DNA from: a virus
Taxonomy: Duplodnaviria > Caudoviricetes
DNA length: 64,000 bases
Virus record (IMG/VR): IMGVR_UViG_3300030100_000755
Span: 1 to 64,000 of that record
Reading direction: 5' to 3' (one strand)
Shown piece by piece: positions 1-8,913 of this stretch. The notes beneath the pieces were generated by a model, which made no database searches, was not told the origin of the DNA, and saw only the letters and a program-made list of their open reading frames with translations. The number at the start of each line of letters is the position of its first letter. Position 1 is the stretch's first letter. Position numbers and translations under genes: made by a program.

Positions 1-218
1 CCCCCCCCCCCTTTTTTTTTTATTATTATGTCGTGAAGTATATGTCAACTTGCTTAGGCTGTCGCCATATTTATATGACATAATAGGAATATTGGTCAAT
101 GTCACACTTATGATTACTTTGTCAAAAATTATTATCATAATATATTATATATAGAAAATTTTTTCAAAACATATAAAAAATGGGACATATTACTGAGAAA
201 TGCCCCATTTCTATGTCA
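1..218. other. Candidate replication origin / protein-binding array (C11T10 tract, 8 TGTC boxes, AT-rich tract, 11-bp inverted repeat)
   Basis: TATGTC at 27, 41, 212 and reverse copies at 77-82 and 184-189; TGTC also at 60, 100, 120; AT-rich 125-180; AAATGGGACAT/ATGCCCCATTT at 178-210; non-coding and directly downstream of an HTH gene. Confidence 0.4.
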
Positions 219-914
219 CTACTTATTATCTTTTTTATTTTCCCATCTATATATTGTTCTTCTATCAACACCTAATAATTCTGCTATTTCACCTCTATTA
301 ATACCGTATTGTACTAGTTTATCAACAACCTCAGACTTATCCCCACCGTTACTGATAGCTAGTTTACTTTCTAATACTAAAATTTCTTCTCTTAGTGATG
401 TCACAGAATCGTTGAGTTTTTCAAAATTATTTTCCAAGTTTTCGACACGCCTTTCTAGTTCACATATTGCTTCATAAGCTTTTCTAAATGTAGATAAGGT
501 ATTTAACATTTGCCATACGTTATTGCTATTTTTAATACTTTGTCGATAAAAATAACCTTTATTATTCATTGCTTGTTGAACAGGGTGCTTATCGTGATCC
601 CTTATGATTTTGCTCACCATACTACCACACGGTTTTGATTTCTCTGCTAACACCTTATCTATATCTTTGTAATGCTTACGTGCTGCATATTCTAAACATG
701 TTTTAGGAGATTCATTAGTATCTAACATATATGAATATGCTTCACACGCTACTACCCATACTAACTCTTGCTCCCTATCTTGATAATCATGTTTATTAAT
801 AGATTTGTTATGTTTAGTTAGTCGGTTAATGAGTATGGCTCTATCTTTTGCTGATAATTTATTAAATTCTGATACAGCCTTTTTAAATGTTTCTTTCCAA
901 TTATGATCACTCAT
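219..914 (-). CDS. Coiled-coil protein with C-terminal helix-turn-helix (putative DNA-binding or origin-binding protein)
   Basis: C-terminal GINRGEIAELLGVDRRTIYRW HTH; heptad region LERRVENLENNFEKL; start reassigned to ATG 914 (MSDH), overlapping the helicase stop. Confidence 0.65.
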   Translation of the reverse strand: MSDHNWKETFKKAVSEFNKLSAKDRAILINRLTKHNKSINKHDYQDREQELVWVVACEAYSYMLDTNESPKTCLEYAARKHYKDIDKVLAEKSKPCGSMVSKIIRDHDKHPVQQAMNNKGYFYRQSIKNSNNVWQMLNTLSTFRKAYEAICELERRVENLENNFEKLNDSVTSLREEILVLESKLAISNGGDKSEVVDKLVQYGINRGEIAELLGVDRRTIYRWENKKDNK

Positions 915-2139
915 TCTTACTAATACCTTTATAAAAATTAATAGCGTCTTGCTTAACAATTGCATCTCTAACACTAATCGGTGTTACAAAAGATAAGTTA
1001 CGTAGATCTGTTATTCTACTTAACGCCACATATAATTGACCATGTGAAAAACAACCTTGTCCTACATCAATAGCTATCTTATCTAATGTTAACCCTTGAG
1101 ATGCGTGTATAGTTACAGCCCATCCTAATTTAATAGGCATTTGTTTATATGTGGCTACTACCTCTTTAGACAGACTTCCTTTAACACTTGTGTAGTCATA
1201 TTTCTCCCACTCACTCTCCACCACGGTAACAGTTTTACCAGATGTTAGTTTAACAATAACAGAGTTTAAGTTTAGTTTTATAACTTCCCCTCTATCACCA
1301 TTAACATACGTGTTATCAATATCATTAGCACATATTAAAACCTTAGCGCCAACTTTTAATTTAATTTCATCTGGTACTGGTTTCTCGCTATCACTGAATT
1401 GTCCCTGTATTACAGCATAATAAGATATTTCTTGTTCATCTATACGATCGTACCACTTATGATTTATAACCTCAGCATCGCGCTTACGTGAGCATAGGTG
1501 TAATTGATCATCATCAATATCATAATCCTTACATTCATTACTTATATATTCAATTGCCTTAGATGCCCATTTATCTTTCTTACGAATACTATTTAACATC
1601 AACACTTGTCGCTTATTATCTTGTCGATACACCTTGGATAATTCTATTACTTTAAAATTTCTAAAACTGTTAGCGCCAAATGCAAATGGTGTATCGTATT
1701 CTTCTCTGAATGTTGGACCTTCATTATAACCAACAATAGGTTCTAGTTGTAAGAAGTCTCCGACTAACACCATTTGAACACCGCCAAATAACTTCTTGTT
1801 ACCTTTCACTTGTTGTAACTTATAATTAATTAGGTCTAAGTAGTCGGCACGTAACATACCCACCTCATCAATTATGATCCTTGTTACCGCAAACAACCTA
1901 TCCCTAATCTTACTACTGACATAATAATCACGGTCTGTTACTAATCCAATGGGTAATCCGAAAGCTTTATGACATGTTACACCACCAATATTTAATGCTG
2001 CTATACCAGACGGAGCAGATAATAGTGTAGAGTGGTTTATGCATTGCTTTACTACATAACTTTTACCTACTCCTCCTGCACCAGTAATTAGTACATTTTC
2101 ACCATTCTTTACATATTCTAGTGCTAGTTCTTGTGACAT
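907..2139 (-). CDS. Pif1/RecD-like SF1B DNA helicase
   Basis: GAGGVGKS Walker A, IIDEVGM, VGDFLQLEP, YRQ, HASQGLTLD, GQLYVALSR motifs. Confidence 0.92.
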   Translation of the reverse strand: MSQELALEYVKNGENVLITGAGGVGKSYVVKQCINHSTLLSAPSGIAALNIGGVTCHKAFGLPIGLVTDRDYYVSSKIRDRLFAVTRIIIDEVGMLRADYLDLINYKLQQVKGNKKLFGGVQMVLVGDFLQLEPIVGYNEGPTFREEYDTPFAFGANSFRNFKVIELSKVYRQDNKRQVLMLNSIRKKDKWASKAIEYISNECKDYDIDDDQLHLCSRKRDAEVINHKWYDRIDEQEISYYAVIQGQFSDSEKPVPDEIKLKVGAKVLICANDIDNTYVNGDRGEVIKLNLNSVIVKLTSGKTVTVVESEWEKYDYTSVKGSLSKEVVATYKQMPIKLGWAVTIHASQGLTLDKIAIDVGQGCFSHGQLYVALSRITDLRNLSFVTPISVRDAIVKQDAINFYKGISKNE

Positions 2140-2142
2140 AAC

Positions 2143-2481
2143 TCACCCCTCTTCCTTTTTCAAATACCATTCATAATCTCGCTTGTAATGATTCATAGCC
2201 CGTTTTCTTATTCCGTAAGTTCTTGTGAATGGTAATAACCAAAATATAAACGGTATTAACAATATTTGCAATATATCACCAATAGATGTACTCCACCCAT
2301 TCCAACAGTATTTGATATCGCTATATAGACTAGGGAATAAGTCTTTACATTGAATAATAAACTCTTGCGTTAGTGCCCTACACATCACCGCTCTGGATGA
2401 ATTACCATTAGGATCATAGTAATGATTAGTTATTGGTTTAGCTAATTCTTGCTGTAACCACTGCTCGAATGATAGTTTCAT
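2143..2481 (-). CDS. Hypothetical protein with one hydrophobic segment
   Basis: 112-aa ORF with GGAGG RBS; ILQILLIPFIFWLLPF segment. Confidence 0.75.
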   Translation of the reverse strand: MKLSFEQWLQQELAKPITNHYYDPNGNSSRAVMCRALTQEFIIQCKDLFPSLYSDIKYCWNGWSTSIGDILQILLIPFIFWLLPFTRTYGIRKRAMNHYKRDYEWYLKKEEG

Positions 2482-2484
2482 AAA

Positions 2485-2778
2485 TTATTCCTCCAATTTT
2501 ATCAAGGTTACATCCCAGTCGTCTACCATACCAGTCTCCCAATCCCTCGACTCATTAATAACACCAAGTTTATAAACACCATCTTCTACTTCCAAGAAAT
2601 TAAGCGGTAAATATTCTATAATATCTGAGCAAAAATCATCAATGCTTAATTGACTTCTTCTTTTTAATACCTTAAAGGTCTTAGTGTAAGCAAAACCACC
2701 CTTAATTTCATACTGACTTGTTCTAACTCTACCAATGCATTCTAATTTTGGTTTATTATAGTCTCGTAAAAAATTCAT
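2485..2778 (-). CDS. Hypothetical protein
   Basis: 97-aa ORF, ATGA overlap with upstream gene. Confidence 0.75.
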   Translation of the reverse strand: MNFLRDYNKPKLECIGRVRTSQYEIKGGFAYTKTFKVLKRRSQLSIDDFCSDIIEYLPLNFLEVEDGVYKLGVINESRDWETGMVDDWDVTLIKLEE

Positions 2779-2990
2779 ACTCTATCCCCCGTAATATCAT
2801 ACTCAAATTTAGCTCCATTTTTACACGTTAATTCACCAGACACTGTATATGTTTTGAGTTCAGAACCAATCTTAACACAATATTCTTCTAAATGATCTTC
2901 ATAAGGCACTATGTCTTTATTGTCATAATAAATACCACTTAAGCAAATACCAGTAATTAATGCCACCAAATAAGTCACAAACCAATCCAT
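2775..2990 (-). CDS. Hypothetical membrane-anchored protein
   Basis: 71 aa, N-terminal TM helix, GGAGG RBS. Confidence 0.75.
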   Translation of the reverse strand: MDWFVTYLVALITGICLSGIYYDNKDIVPYEDHLEEYCVKIGSELKTYTVSGELTCKNGAKFEYDITGDRV

Positions 2991-2993
2991 AAA

Positions 2994-3158
2994 TTATTCC
3001 TCCAATTGTTCCATAATATCGTGCCATAATTCACAATAATAAGCTGATGAGTAAGTCTTGTCTGACTCACGTTCTAAAAATTGAAAGCCTATTCTAATTA
3101 ATTGAATCTTTTGCACTGGCGTTAATCTGTTAATTTCGTTTTCTGTTAAATAATTCAT
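2994..3158 (-). CDS. Small hypothetical protein (54 aa, missing from ORF track)
   Basis: MNYLTENEINRLTPVQKIQL...MEQLEE*; TAATG coupling with upstream gene; fills the operon gap exactly. Confidence 0.7.
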   Translation of the reverse strand: MNYLTENEINRLTPVQKIQLIRIGFQFLERESDKTYSSAYYCELWHDIMEQLEE

Positions 3159-3586
3159 TATCTATCCCTTATAAAGTCATTAACTAGTTCTGCTTGTCGT
3201 GGTGTGAGGTAGCAGTCACCGCCAGCTTTATACATCTGTTCTATTTGACCATACACTTTATCGTGATGCATTTCCCACCAGTTAATGTTATTAAAATTCT
3301 TGTATGTTTTTGTGTCAATCAAATCGTTTAAATAAAACACATAAAACCAATCATTGTAAAAATACCGACAAACACCTTTAAACTTCCTAGCTCTAATAAC
3401 TACATACCATTTATCTCTGTATTCTTCATCATTCCAAAACTTTTGCCACCATGTTAAGGTGTTATATTGATCACGTAAGTCATCCTTGATTTGTGATAAT
3501 AACTTGTTCAATTCGTCACGATCTATTCGGTAGTTATTTAATGCTGTCTTGATTCTTTCTCTACCTACGTTAACTAAACCTTTCAT
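3158..3586 (-). CDS. Hypothetical protein
   Basis: 142-aa ORF, GGAGG RBS. Confidence 0.75.
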   Translation of the reverse strand: MKGLVNVGRERIKTALNNYRIDRDELNKLLSQIKDDLRDQYNTLTWWQKFWNDEEYRDKWYVVIRARKFKGVCRYFYNDWFYVFYLNDLIDTKTYKNFNNINWWEMHHDKVYGQIEQMYKAGGDCYLTPRQAELVNDFIRDR

Positions 3587-3589
3587 AAA

Positions 3590-4036
3590 TTATTCCTCCA
3601 CTTTTGTTGCTGCTGGTCTACCAAACTCCCTGCGTATAGCAGCACATGATTTACTACACGATTTAGCATAACCTCTTTTAAGGTCTACAACTCTTGCTTC
3701 ATAAATAGCACCACAATGACATTTCATCTTCTGTTTCTTACCTCTTGATGGCCTAGCGGGAACTATTTTTTCACTTTTGGTGACTTCATTAAACCTCCTA
3801 GAATTTAACTCTCGTTCAAGGACATCTATCCATTCTTCCCACTTGTCATCATCGCAGCTAAAAGTACAGTTACCCACCAACCTCCTACAAACACGTAAAG
3901 CATTTATTATGTGTGACTTTGACATTTTATTTACAGGTGTCATATCATTCCAACACGGAACATCGCGTGACAACCCCTCATAAGCTGGATCATAATCTAT
4001 TTCATAACCACCCGCATCTTCTGCACCTTGTCCCAT
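3590..4036 (-). CDS. Hypothetical protein with C-terminal Cys cluster (putative Zn-binding)
   Basis: CHCG...SCSKSC motif. Confidence 0.7.
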   Translation of the reverse strand: MGQGAEDAGGYEIDYDPAYEGLSRDVPCWNDMTPVNKMSKSHIINALRVCRRLVGNCTFSCDDDKWEEWIDVLERELNSRRFNEVTKSEKIVPARPSRGKKQKMKCHCGAIYEARVVDLKRGYAKSCSKSCAAIRREFGRPAATKVEE

Positions 4037-4039
4037 AAT

Positions 4040-4690
4040 CTACACCCCTAATTGCTTTTTAATCATTTCAGCTTGTTCTGGTGTTACTTCTAATTCCAGC
4101 TTCACTTTCTTAGGTTCTTCCTTACGTTCCCATAACACTTCACCCATGTATTCTACTTTTATGATGTCAAGGTCTTTATTACTTTGGTTAGTTAAGTCAT
4201 CATTAAAAAAGGTTAAATAAGACCCAGCACTTATGGCTGACATATTATAAAATTTATCCTCGAATAAAACTCTTTTTTGTCTATCACGATACGTAACAAC
4301 CATTCCATCTTTTAGGTCTGATTTAGTGAATACTAGATCAAGTTTTGATTCGGTAATATATGTCCCCGTCTCCTTGAATCTAACACTCCACTCATCATAA
4401 TTAGCATCGTAAAAGACTTCCTTTATTGTAAGAACCTGTTCACCATTACTAAATAATTCACCATCTTTACGTTTAACCTTATCACCCACTTTAAATTTAC
4501 ACATATTATCACCACCAATTAATTCCAAATCACTATGTTTAAAATAGTTCATATATTCATTTTCAAATTTGACCAACACTGGTAATTCATCAAATTGGTC
4601 AATAGTCATAACTTCCCCTATTGCATTAAATTCATAATAATCACTAGTGTTCACCAAACGAACCTTGTCACCTACTTTAAATTTACACAT
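4040..4690 (-). CDS. Hypothetical protein with duplicated FKVGDKV (SH3/KOW-like) N-terminal module
   Basis: MCKFKVGDKV occurs at residue 1 and again at about residue 63. Confidence 0.75.
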   Translation of the reverse strand: MCKFKVGDKVRLVNTSDYYEFNAIGEVMTIDQFDELPVLVKFENEYMNYFKHSDLELIGGDNMCKFKVGDKVKRKDGELFSNGEQVLTIKEVFYDANYDEWSVRFKETGTYITESKLDLVFTKSDLKDGMVVTYRDRQKRVLFEDKFYNMSAISAGSYLTFFNDDLTNQSNKDLDIIKVEYMGEVLWERKEEPKKVKLELEVTPEQAEMIKKQLGV

Positions 4691-5007
4691 TACATATTCT
4701 CCTTACAGCTTTGATACATTAATTTACCATACTTAGCAGCGAGTTTCAGTTGCTCTTGTTCTGTTTCTTGTATATCAACCTTATAAGCATAATCAATCAT
4801 AACCTTAGCAAGATTAATCACTTTGTCATCATCAAGGTTTTCATACACAGCCATCAATGTCAATTGCTTTGGTAAATTAGATTGTCGTGCAATCATAATA
4901 GTTTTAGCCATTAATTCATAACTGTCACATTCATCTGCTACCACTGTTGCTGGCGCACAAGCTGATGTAATCACTACTGCTAAAGTTGTTGCTAATAATT
5001 TTTTCAT
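4690..5007 (-). CDS. Secreted or lipoprotein-like hypothetical protein
   Basis: MKKLLATTLAVVITSAC signal-peptide/lipobox-like start; GAGG RBS upstream of ATG 5007. Confidence 0.65.
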   Translation of the reverse strand: MKKLLATTLAVVITSACAPATVVADECDSYELMAKTIMIARQSNLPKQLTLMAVYENLDDDKVINLAKVMIDYAYKVDIQETEQEQLKLAAKYGKLMYQSCKENM

Positions 5008-5060
5008 AATTTGTTTCCTCATGTTTATCGTCAAAGTGTTTATTGCTGAAGTTCCATTAT

Positions 5061-5089
5061 AAGATAGCGTGTAATAAAAACCCCGTCAA
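5061..5089 (-). promoter_or_regulatory. Sigma70-type promoter
   Basis: TTGACG-17 nt-TATCTT; the -35 lies inside the terminator hairpin. Confidence 0.55.
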
Positions 5090-5100
5090 GAGACAGGGTG
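5076..5100 (-). terminator. Intrinsic terminator
   Basis: ACCCTGTC-TCTT-GACGGGGT followed by TTTT. Confidence 0.65.
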
Positions 5101-5129
5101 ATAATTATTTATAACAATGTTACCTATAC

Positions 5130-5285
5130 TTATTCCTTTAGATTATATTCATAAATATAAGGCTCAAAGCTCTCTACGGCTTCTTTGGTCAATGACTCTA
5201 GGGTTATATCATCTTGACGTAGTTCAAGCGCGTACAGGGCTTCTCTGGCTGCATATTCACCTAGTAATTGTTCTTGTGTTGTCAT
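5130..5285 (-). CDS. Small acidic hypothetical protein (51 aa, missing from ORF track)
   Basis: MTTQEQLLGEYAAREALYALE...YNLKE*; GGAGTGG RBS-like element upstream. Confidence 0.6.
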   Translation of the reverse strand: MTTQEQLLGEYAAREALYALELRQDDITLESLTKEAVESFEPYIYEYNLKE

Positions 5286-5344
5286 AAATACCACTCCGTT
5301 GTCCCGCAGTCACAGTGAGTTATTAAATTCATTATGATTTGTCC

Positions 5345-5563
5345 TCAAGAAATAACAATACATTCAATATATTCATCATACTCGCCATAATCATCAGGAT
5401 GTATAATCTCACCCATGTAGTCATCACTTTCTAATCTATCTACATCTACTGAATCAGTGGGCATAGCTTGTTGACCATGATCAGCCCAAACTCTGACTTT
5501 TAATTCACCATGACCTTTTTCGATAAGTTCTTTAGTCATATTGTGTAATTCATTTAATGTCAT
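5345..5563 (-). CDS. Acidic hypothetical protein
   Basis: 72 aa, ATGA overlap. Confidence 0.75.
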   Translation of the reverse strand: MTLNELHNMTKELIEKGHGELKVRVWADHGQQAMPTDSVDVDRLESDDYMGEIIHPDDYGEYDEYIECIVIS

Positions 5564-6489
5564 AATTTACTCTCCGCAATATTTTCTAGGTTAGTTAATA
5601 ATTCATTTATATTTCTAAGAGTGGATTGGTAAGAACTATAAGTTTTCTGCTTAGTTTCAACCCCCAACAAAGAAGTTTTAATTGATTTAATTTTAGCAAC
5701 GACATTGTTTATTTCAGTAAGGTTAAGTTCAACATCAACCATCGCACCAGCAATCTTACGCTTTATATCAGATCGTAAATTAGCTTCGTGACCAATAGCG
5801 TCATCTTTACTAACAAAACACTTACTAGTCTTTGTTTTATACATCCTACCACTATTATTGGTGAACACGTACTTACCGTTAATTTTAATGTATTCCAATT
5901 GCGAGTGGTTAGGAATATCTACTTTCCAGTTGGGGTTATTTTTAATAATCTTATTAAACTCATCCCACAAAACACCTGTTTCATCAACAGAGTATAGGCC
6001 ACCACCACTAAATTTAGCTTCACCAATTATATATGGGGTGGTTATAAATTTACTACCCGTTTCCCCATGTTCACCAACAATATCGATACTAACGGGAACT
6101 AACTTCGCCTCTGGTTCACTATATACGGGTTTCAGATTATTGTAAGGTTCTACTTCTTTTCTCACCTTATATTCCGTATCTAAATCAGGGAAACAATAAT
6201 CGCCATCTTCATCCATGTAATTACCGAGAATGGCTCTTTTAGATTGAACAACGCCTTTATCAACTTTGTTACCACTCTCATCAACATAATGAATTAACTC
6301 ACGAGTAGGTCGCTCAACCCGAAGTATGGACTTAATATCGTCCTCTGTTACTAATATTTGAACACCGTTATAATTACCAACCACTTCTCTGTCGTTAACA
6401 ACATAAGATTGATTACCTAATTCTACTAAGTAATTATCACCAACCTTAATTGCCTGATGTGCTTTTAAACCATTAATAATTTTAGTCAT
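5560..6489 (-). CDS. Hypothetical protein (309 aa)
   Basis: Long ORF with GGGAG RBS; C-terminal coiled coil. Confidence 0.8.
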   Translation of the reverse strand: MTKIINGLKAHQAIKVGDNYLVELGNQSYVVNDREVVGNYNGVQILVTEDDIKSILRVERPTRELIHYVDESGNKVDKGVVQSKRAILGNYMDEDGDYCFPDLDTEYKVRKEVEPYNNLKPVYSEPEAKLVPVSIDIVGEHGETGSKFITTPYIIGEAKFSGGGLYSVDETGVLWDEFNKIIKNNPNWKVDIPNHSQLEYIKINGKYVFTNNSGRMYKTKTSKCFVSKDDAIGHEANLRSDIKRKIAGAMVDVELNLTEINNVVAKIKSIKTSLLGVETKQKTYSSYQSTLRNINELLTNLENIAESKL

Positions 6490-6492
6490 AAC

Positions 6493-6699
6493 TTATTCTC
6501 CCAAATAATATAATTTTGCTAATTCAAATGCTTTGCCCTCACCTCTAGCATTTAATAATTCACTGTTTGTTTCACTACTATCAATTGTCCTTCTGTAAAC
6601 TGCCATGAATGCTTGTGACCATGTTAACTCTGGATTAGAACAGTAATGATCTTTTACTTTTGATATTAGGTTATAATACTCCGATGGGTTTAGTTTCAT
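6493..6699 (-). CDS. Hypothetical protein
   Basis: 68 aa with GGAG RBS. Confidence 0.7.
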   Translation of the reverse strand: MKLNPSEYYNLISKVKDHYCSNPELTWSQAFMAVYRRTIDSSETNSELLNARGEGKAFELAKLYYLGE

Positions 6700-6712
6700 A
6701 TAATGATCTCCA

Positions 6713-7513
6713 TTAATAATTCATCACCATTATTTCTTGTGTAGGTTCATCACTCTTTCTAAATGATGTATTCCTAAAATCACCATTAGTGGATAATACA
6801 TTATATTTTCGATTATTCAAGTAATCTTGTAGCATGTCATTATTAAACCCACGATTACTTAGCACATTAGTATAACAAAACTTAATACCTCTTTCACTGA
6901 ACCTGTCCATCATTTCAAATAAATCTTGGTCGTCTTTAATTGACCAACCTTTATTATAAGTGGCAGTAGTACCAGTGTAAGGTGGGTCAATAAACACCCA
7001 ATCATCATCATAGAACTTAAAATCTCTAAAGTCGGAGTTGAATGTGCTTATATTAAGCCCTGAGCAAGCCTCTATGCGATTAATATCGAAATGGTTGCGC
7101 TCACCATAGGGTAAGTTAAACTCACCCTTAGAATTAAACCTGATACCATTAGAGAAGCTACGACATACTAACAGGTACAGATGGAAATTTGAATTACACT
7201 CATTATAACTTTGTCGTAAATTCAGATAAGCCTCTTTGGTATCAGGGTAAGAGTTATTAATTTGGCATAGTCGCTCTTTAAATTCTGCTGATCGTGAAGC
7301 ATGTGATGCAAAGTTAAACAAATCGAACACCTTAGTATCACGTTCATTGTAACACACGTTTTCATAGCCATGACTAGCAAGATTGCAAGCAACAACACCA
7401 GAACCACCGAATAGGTCAATGTATCTACCACAACCATCTGGTGTGTTACTTATGATCATAGGGATTGTTTTATACTTATTACCAGTGTAATGGAATGGTG
7501 GTTTAATAGTCAT
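6713..7513 (-). CDS. dam: Dam-family (alpha-class) N6-adenine DNA methyltransferase
   Basis: PPFHYTGNK, DLFGGSG, NGIRFNSKGEFNLPYG, FIDPPY; start 7513 by ATGA coupling. Confidence 0.85.
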   Translation of the reverse strand: MTIKPPFHYTGNKYKTIPMIISNTPDGCGRYIDLFGGSGVVACNLASHGYENVCYNERDTKVFDLFNFASHASRSAEFKERLCQINNSYPDTKEAYLNLRQSYNECNSNFHLYLLVCRSFSNGIRFNSKGEFNLPYGERNHFDINRIEACSGLNISTFNSDFRDFKFYDDDWVFIDPPYTGTTATYNKGWSIKDDQDLFEMMDRFSERGIKFCYTNVLSNRGFNNDMLQDYLNNRKYNVLSTNGDFRNTSFRKSDEPTQEIMVMNY

Positions 7514-7722
7514 AACCAAATCTCCAAAATAACACCCAATGATGGAAGACCAATTGACAAGAAAAATGCAATAGCAGTTATTATCTGAACAATTACTGTT
7601 ATAGAAAACTTATGATCATTGAAAAACTTATTAACCTTTTGTTCATCATAACTGGGCATTATTAACCAAAGTGCGGTAAATACTATTATAATTGTTCCAG
7701 TTATTTTCCAATAAATTTCCAT
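7510..7722 (-). CDS. Small two-TM membrane protein
   Basis: Two hydrophobic helices; AGGAG RBS before ATG 7722. Confidence 0.7.
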   Translation of the reverse strand: MEIYWKITGTIIIVFTALWLIMPSYDEQKVNKFFNDHKFSITVIVQIITAIAFFLSIGLPSLGVILEIWL

Positions 7723-7732
7723 GTTATTCTCC

Positions 7733-8059
7733 TTATGCAACCAACGTTAAATTATCTAGTGTTCTAATCGACTCTGCACCATCATATTCTTCTATTATGA
7801 AAGCTGTACCTTGTTGAAGCCATTCAATTTCAACATCCTTCCAACCACCAAGATACTTATCCCTACCTGTTTTATTTTTAATGTATTTTTCCACCTCTTC
7901 TTCACTAGCACCTTTCAAATGAAGTTCTACCAAACCTTTATCCATGCAGAGGAAAGATTCTATACCTCTACTGTCCCAAGTAGACCAACCAGCACCAAAA
8001 TCACCAGATACTAATACTGCTACTTCACCTTCTTCATTGTAATATTTTTCAACTAACAT
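7733..8059 (-). CDS. Conserved phage hypothetical protein
   Basis: VAVLVSGDFGAGWSTW and FIIEEYDGAESI motifs typical of a widespread phage family. Confidence 0.75.
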   Translation of the reverse strand: MLVEKYYNEEGEVAVLVSGDFGAGWSTWDSRGIESFLCMDKGLVELHLKGASEEEVEKYIKNKTGRDKYLGGWKDVEIEWLQQGTAFIIEEYDGAESIRTLDNLTLVA

Positions 8060-8061
8060 AA

Positions 8062-8340
8062 TTAACCCTCCACCTGATATTCAACACCAGCAATCTTAAC
8101 TTGCTGTAATGTATTCACATTAATGCAACGATAACCATTATTCACACTATCAAAACAACCAATAAGATTCTCTTTATGTTTAATAGTAGATTCACCACCT
8201 TTCAAATGTTTCTTAACACCAAGTCGTGCTGTCATGTGACGTAATTCCCCGTTTGATTTTATAAAGTCTACCGAGAAGAATTTACCATTAGTAGCCCTAA
8301 TCATTTTCGCAGCTTGTTCACGAGTGATTGTATTGTTCAT
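8062..8340 (-). CDS. Small Sm/SH3-like (WYL_2-like) protein
   Basis: GKFFSVDFIKSNGELRHMTARLG...CFDSVNNGYRCIN pattern. Confidence 0.55.
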   Translation of the reverse strand: MNNTITREQAAKMIRATNGKFFSVDFIKSNGELRHMTARLGVKKHLKGGESTIKHKENLIGCFDSVNNGYRCINVNTLQQVKIAGVEYQVEG

Positions 8341-8882
8341 TATTGATTCTCCCATTTTGAAAATAACTGTTTTAAATCATACTCGTTTTCTTCCATCGCC
8401 GCTGACCTTGCCGCTGACCATGCTGCTGACCTTGCCGCTGACCATGCTGCTGACTCTACTGCTGACCTTGCTGAACACGCCGCTGACCATGCTGCTGACC
8501 TTGCTGCTGACCTTGCCGCTGACCATGCTGCTGACTCTACTGCTGACCATGCTGCTGACCATGCTGCTGACCTTGCTGACTCCATGGGATTGTTAAGGTA
8601 GTTAACAATCAAATTATAATCTTCATCTGAACAATAAGGCTTTATCTTTTCAATATTGATTAGTGCTTTCTTACAACCAAAGATGCGTAGATCATGTTTT
8701 TGTTCTTCACTAAATTGATCATAAGTACCCGATATTAACCACCAAACATCATCCCACCCGTTAGATTCCAAACATTGACTCAGTGTGACATCGTTGTCAC
8801 CATGTGCGTTTATAAAGGTTTTAAATCCATCTTCACACGCATTCAATTTAATTAGTTCTTTTTTGTTTGTAGATATCTTCAT
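8340..8882 (-). CDS. Hypothetical protein with SAA(W/R) tetrapeptide repeat tract
   Basis: 180 aa; LNACEDG N-terminal motif; about 15 S-A-A-W/R repeats. Confidence 0.8.
   Translation of the reverse strand: MKISTNKKELIKLNACEDGFKTFINAHGDNDVTLSQCLESNGWDDVWWLISGTYDQFSEEQKHDLRIFGCKKALINIEKIKPYCSDEDYNLIVNYLNNPMESARSAAWSAAWSAVESAAWSAARSAARSAAWSAACSARSAVESAAWSAARSAAWSAARSAAMEENEYDLKQLFSKWENQ
8398..8580. repeat. 12-bp coding tandem repeat (GCTGACC(A/T)TGC(T/C))
   Basis: About 15 units read directly, with variants (GCTGACTCTACT). Confidence 0.9.
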
Positions 8883-8913
8883 TATTGATTCCTCATTTGT
8901 TTTCGATGTAGAT

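Noticed and set aside
8398-8580. CRISPR-like array
   Set aside because: Contiguous 12-bp units with no unique spacers and no cas genes; it is a coding repeat.
8324-8596. Plus-strand Leu/Thr/Met repeat ORF and the alternate-frame ORF 8377-8562
   Set aside because: Shadow translations of the 12-bp repeat in the real minus-strand gene; no RBS support.
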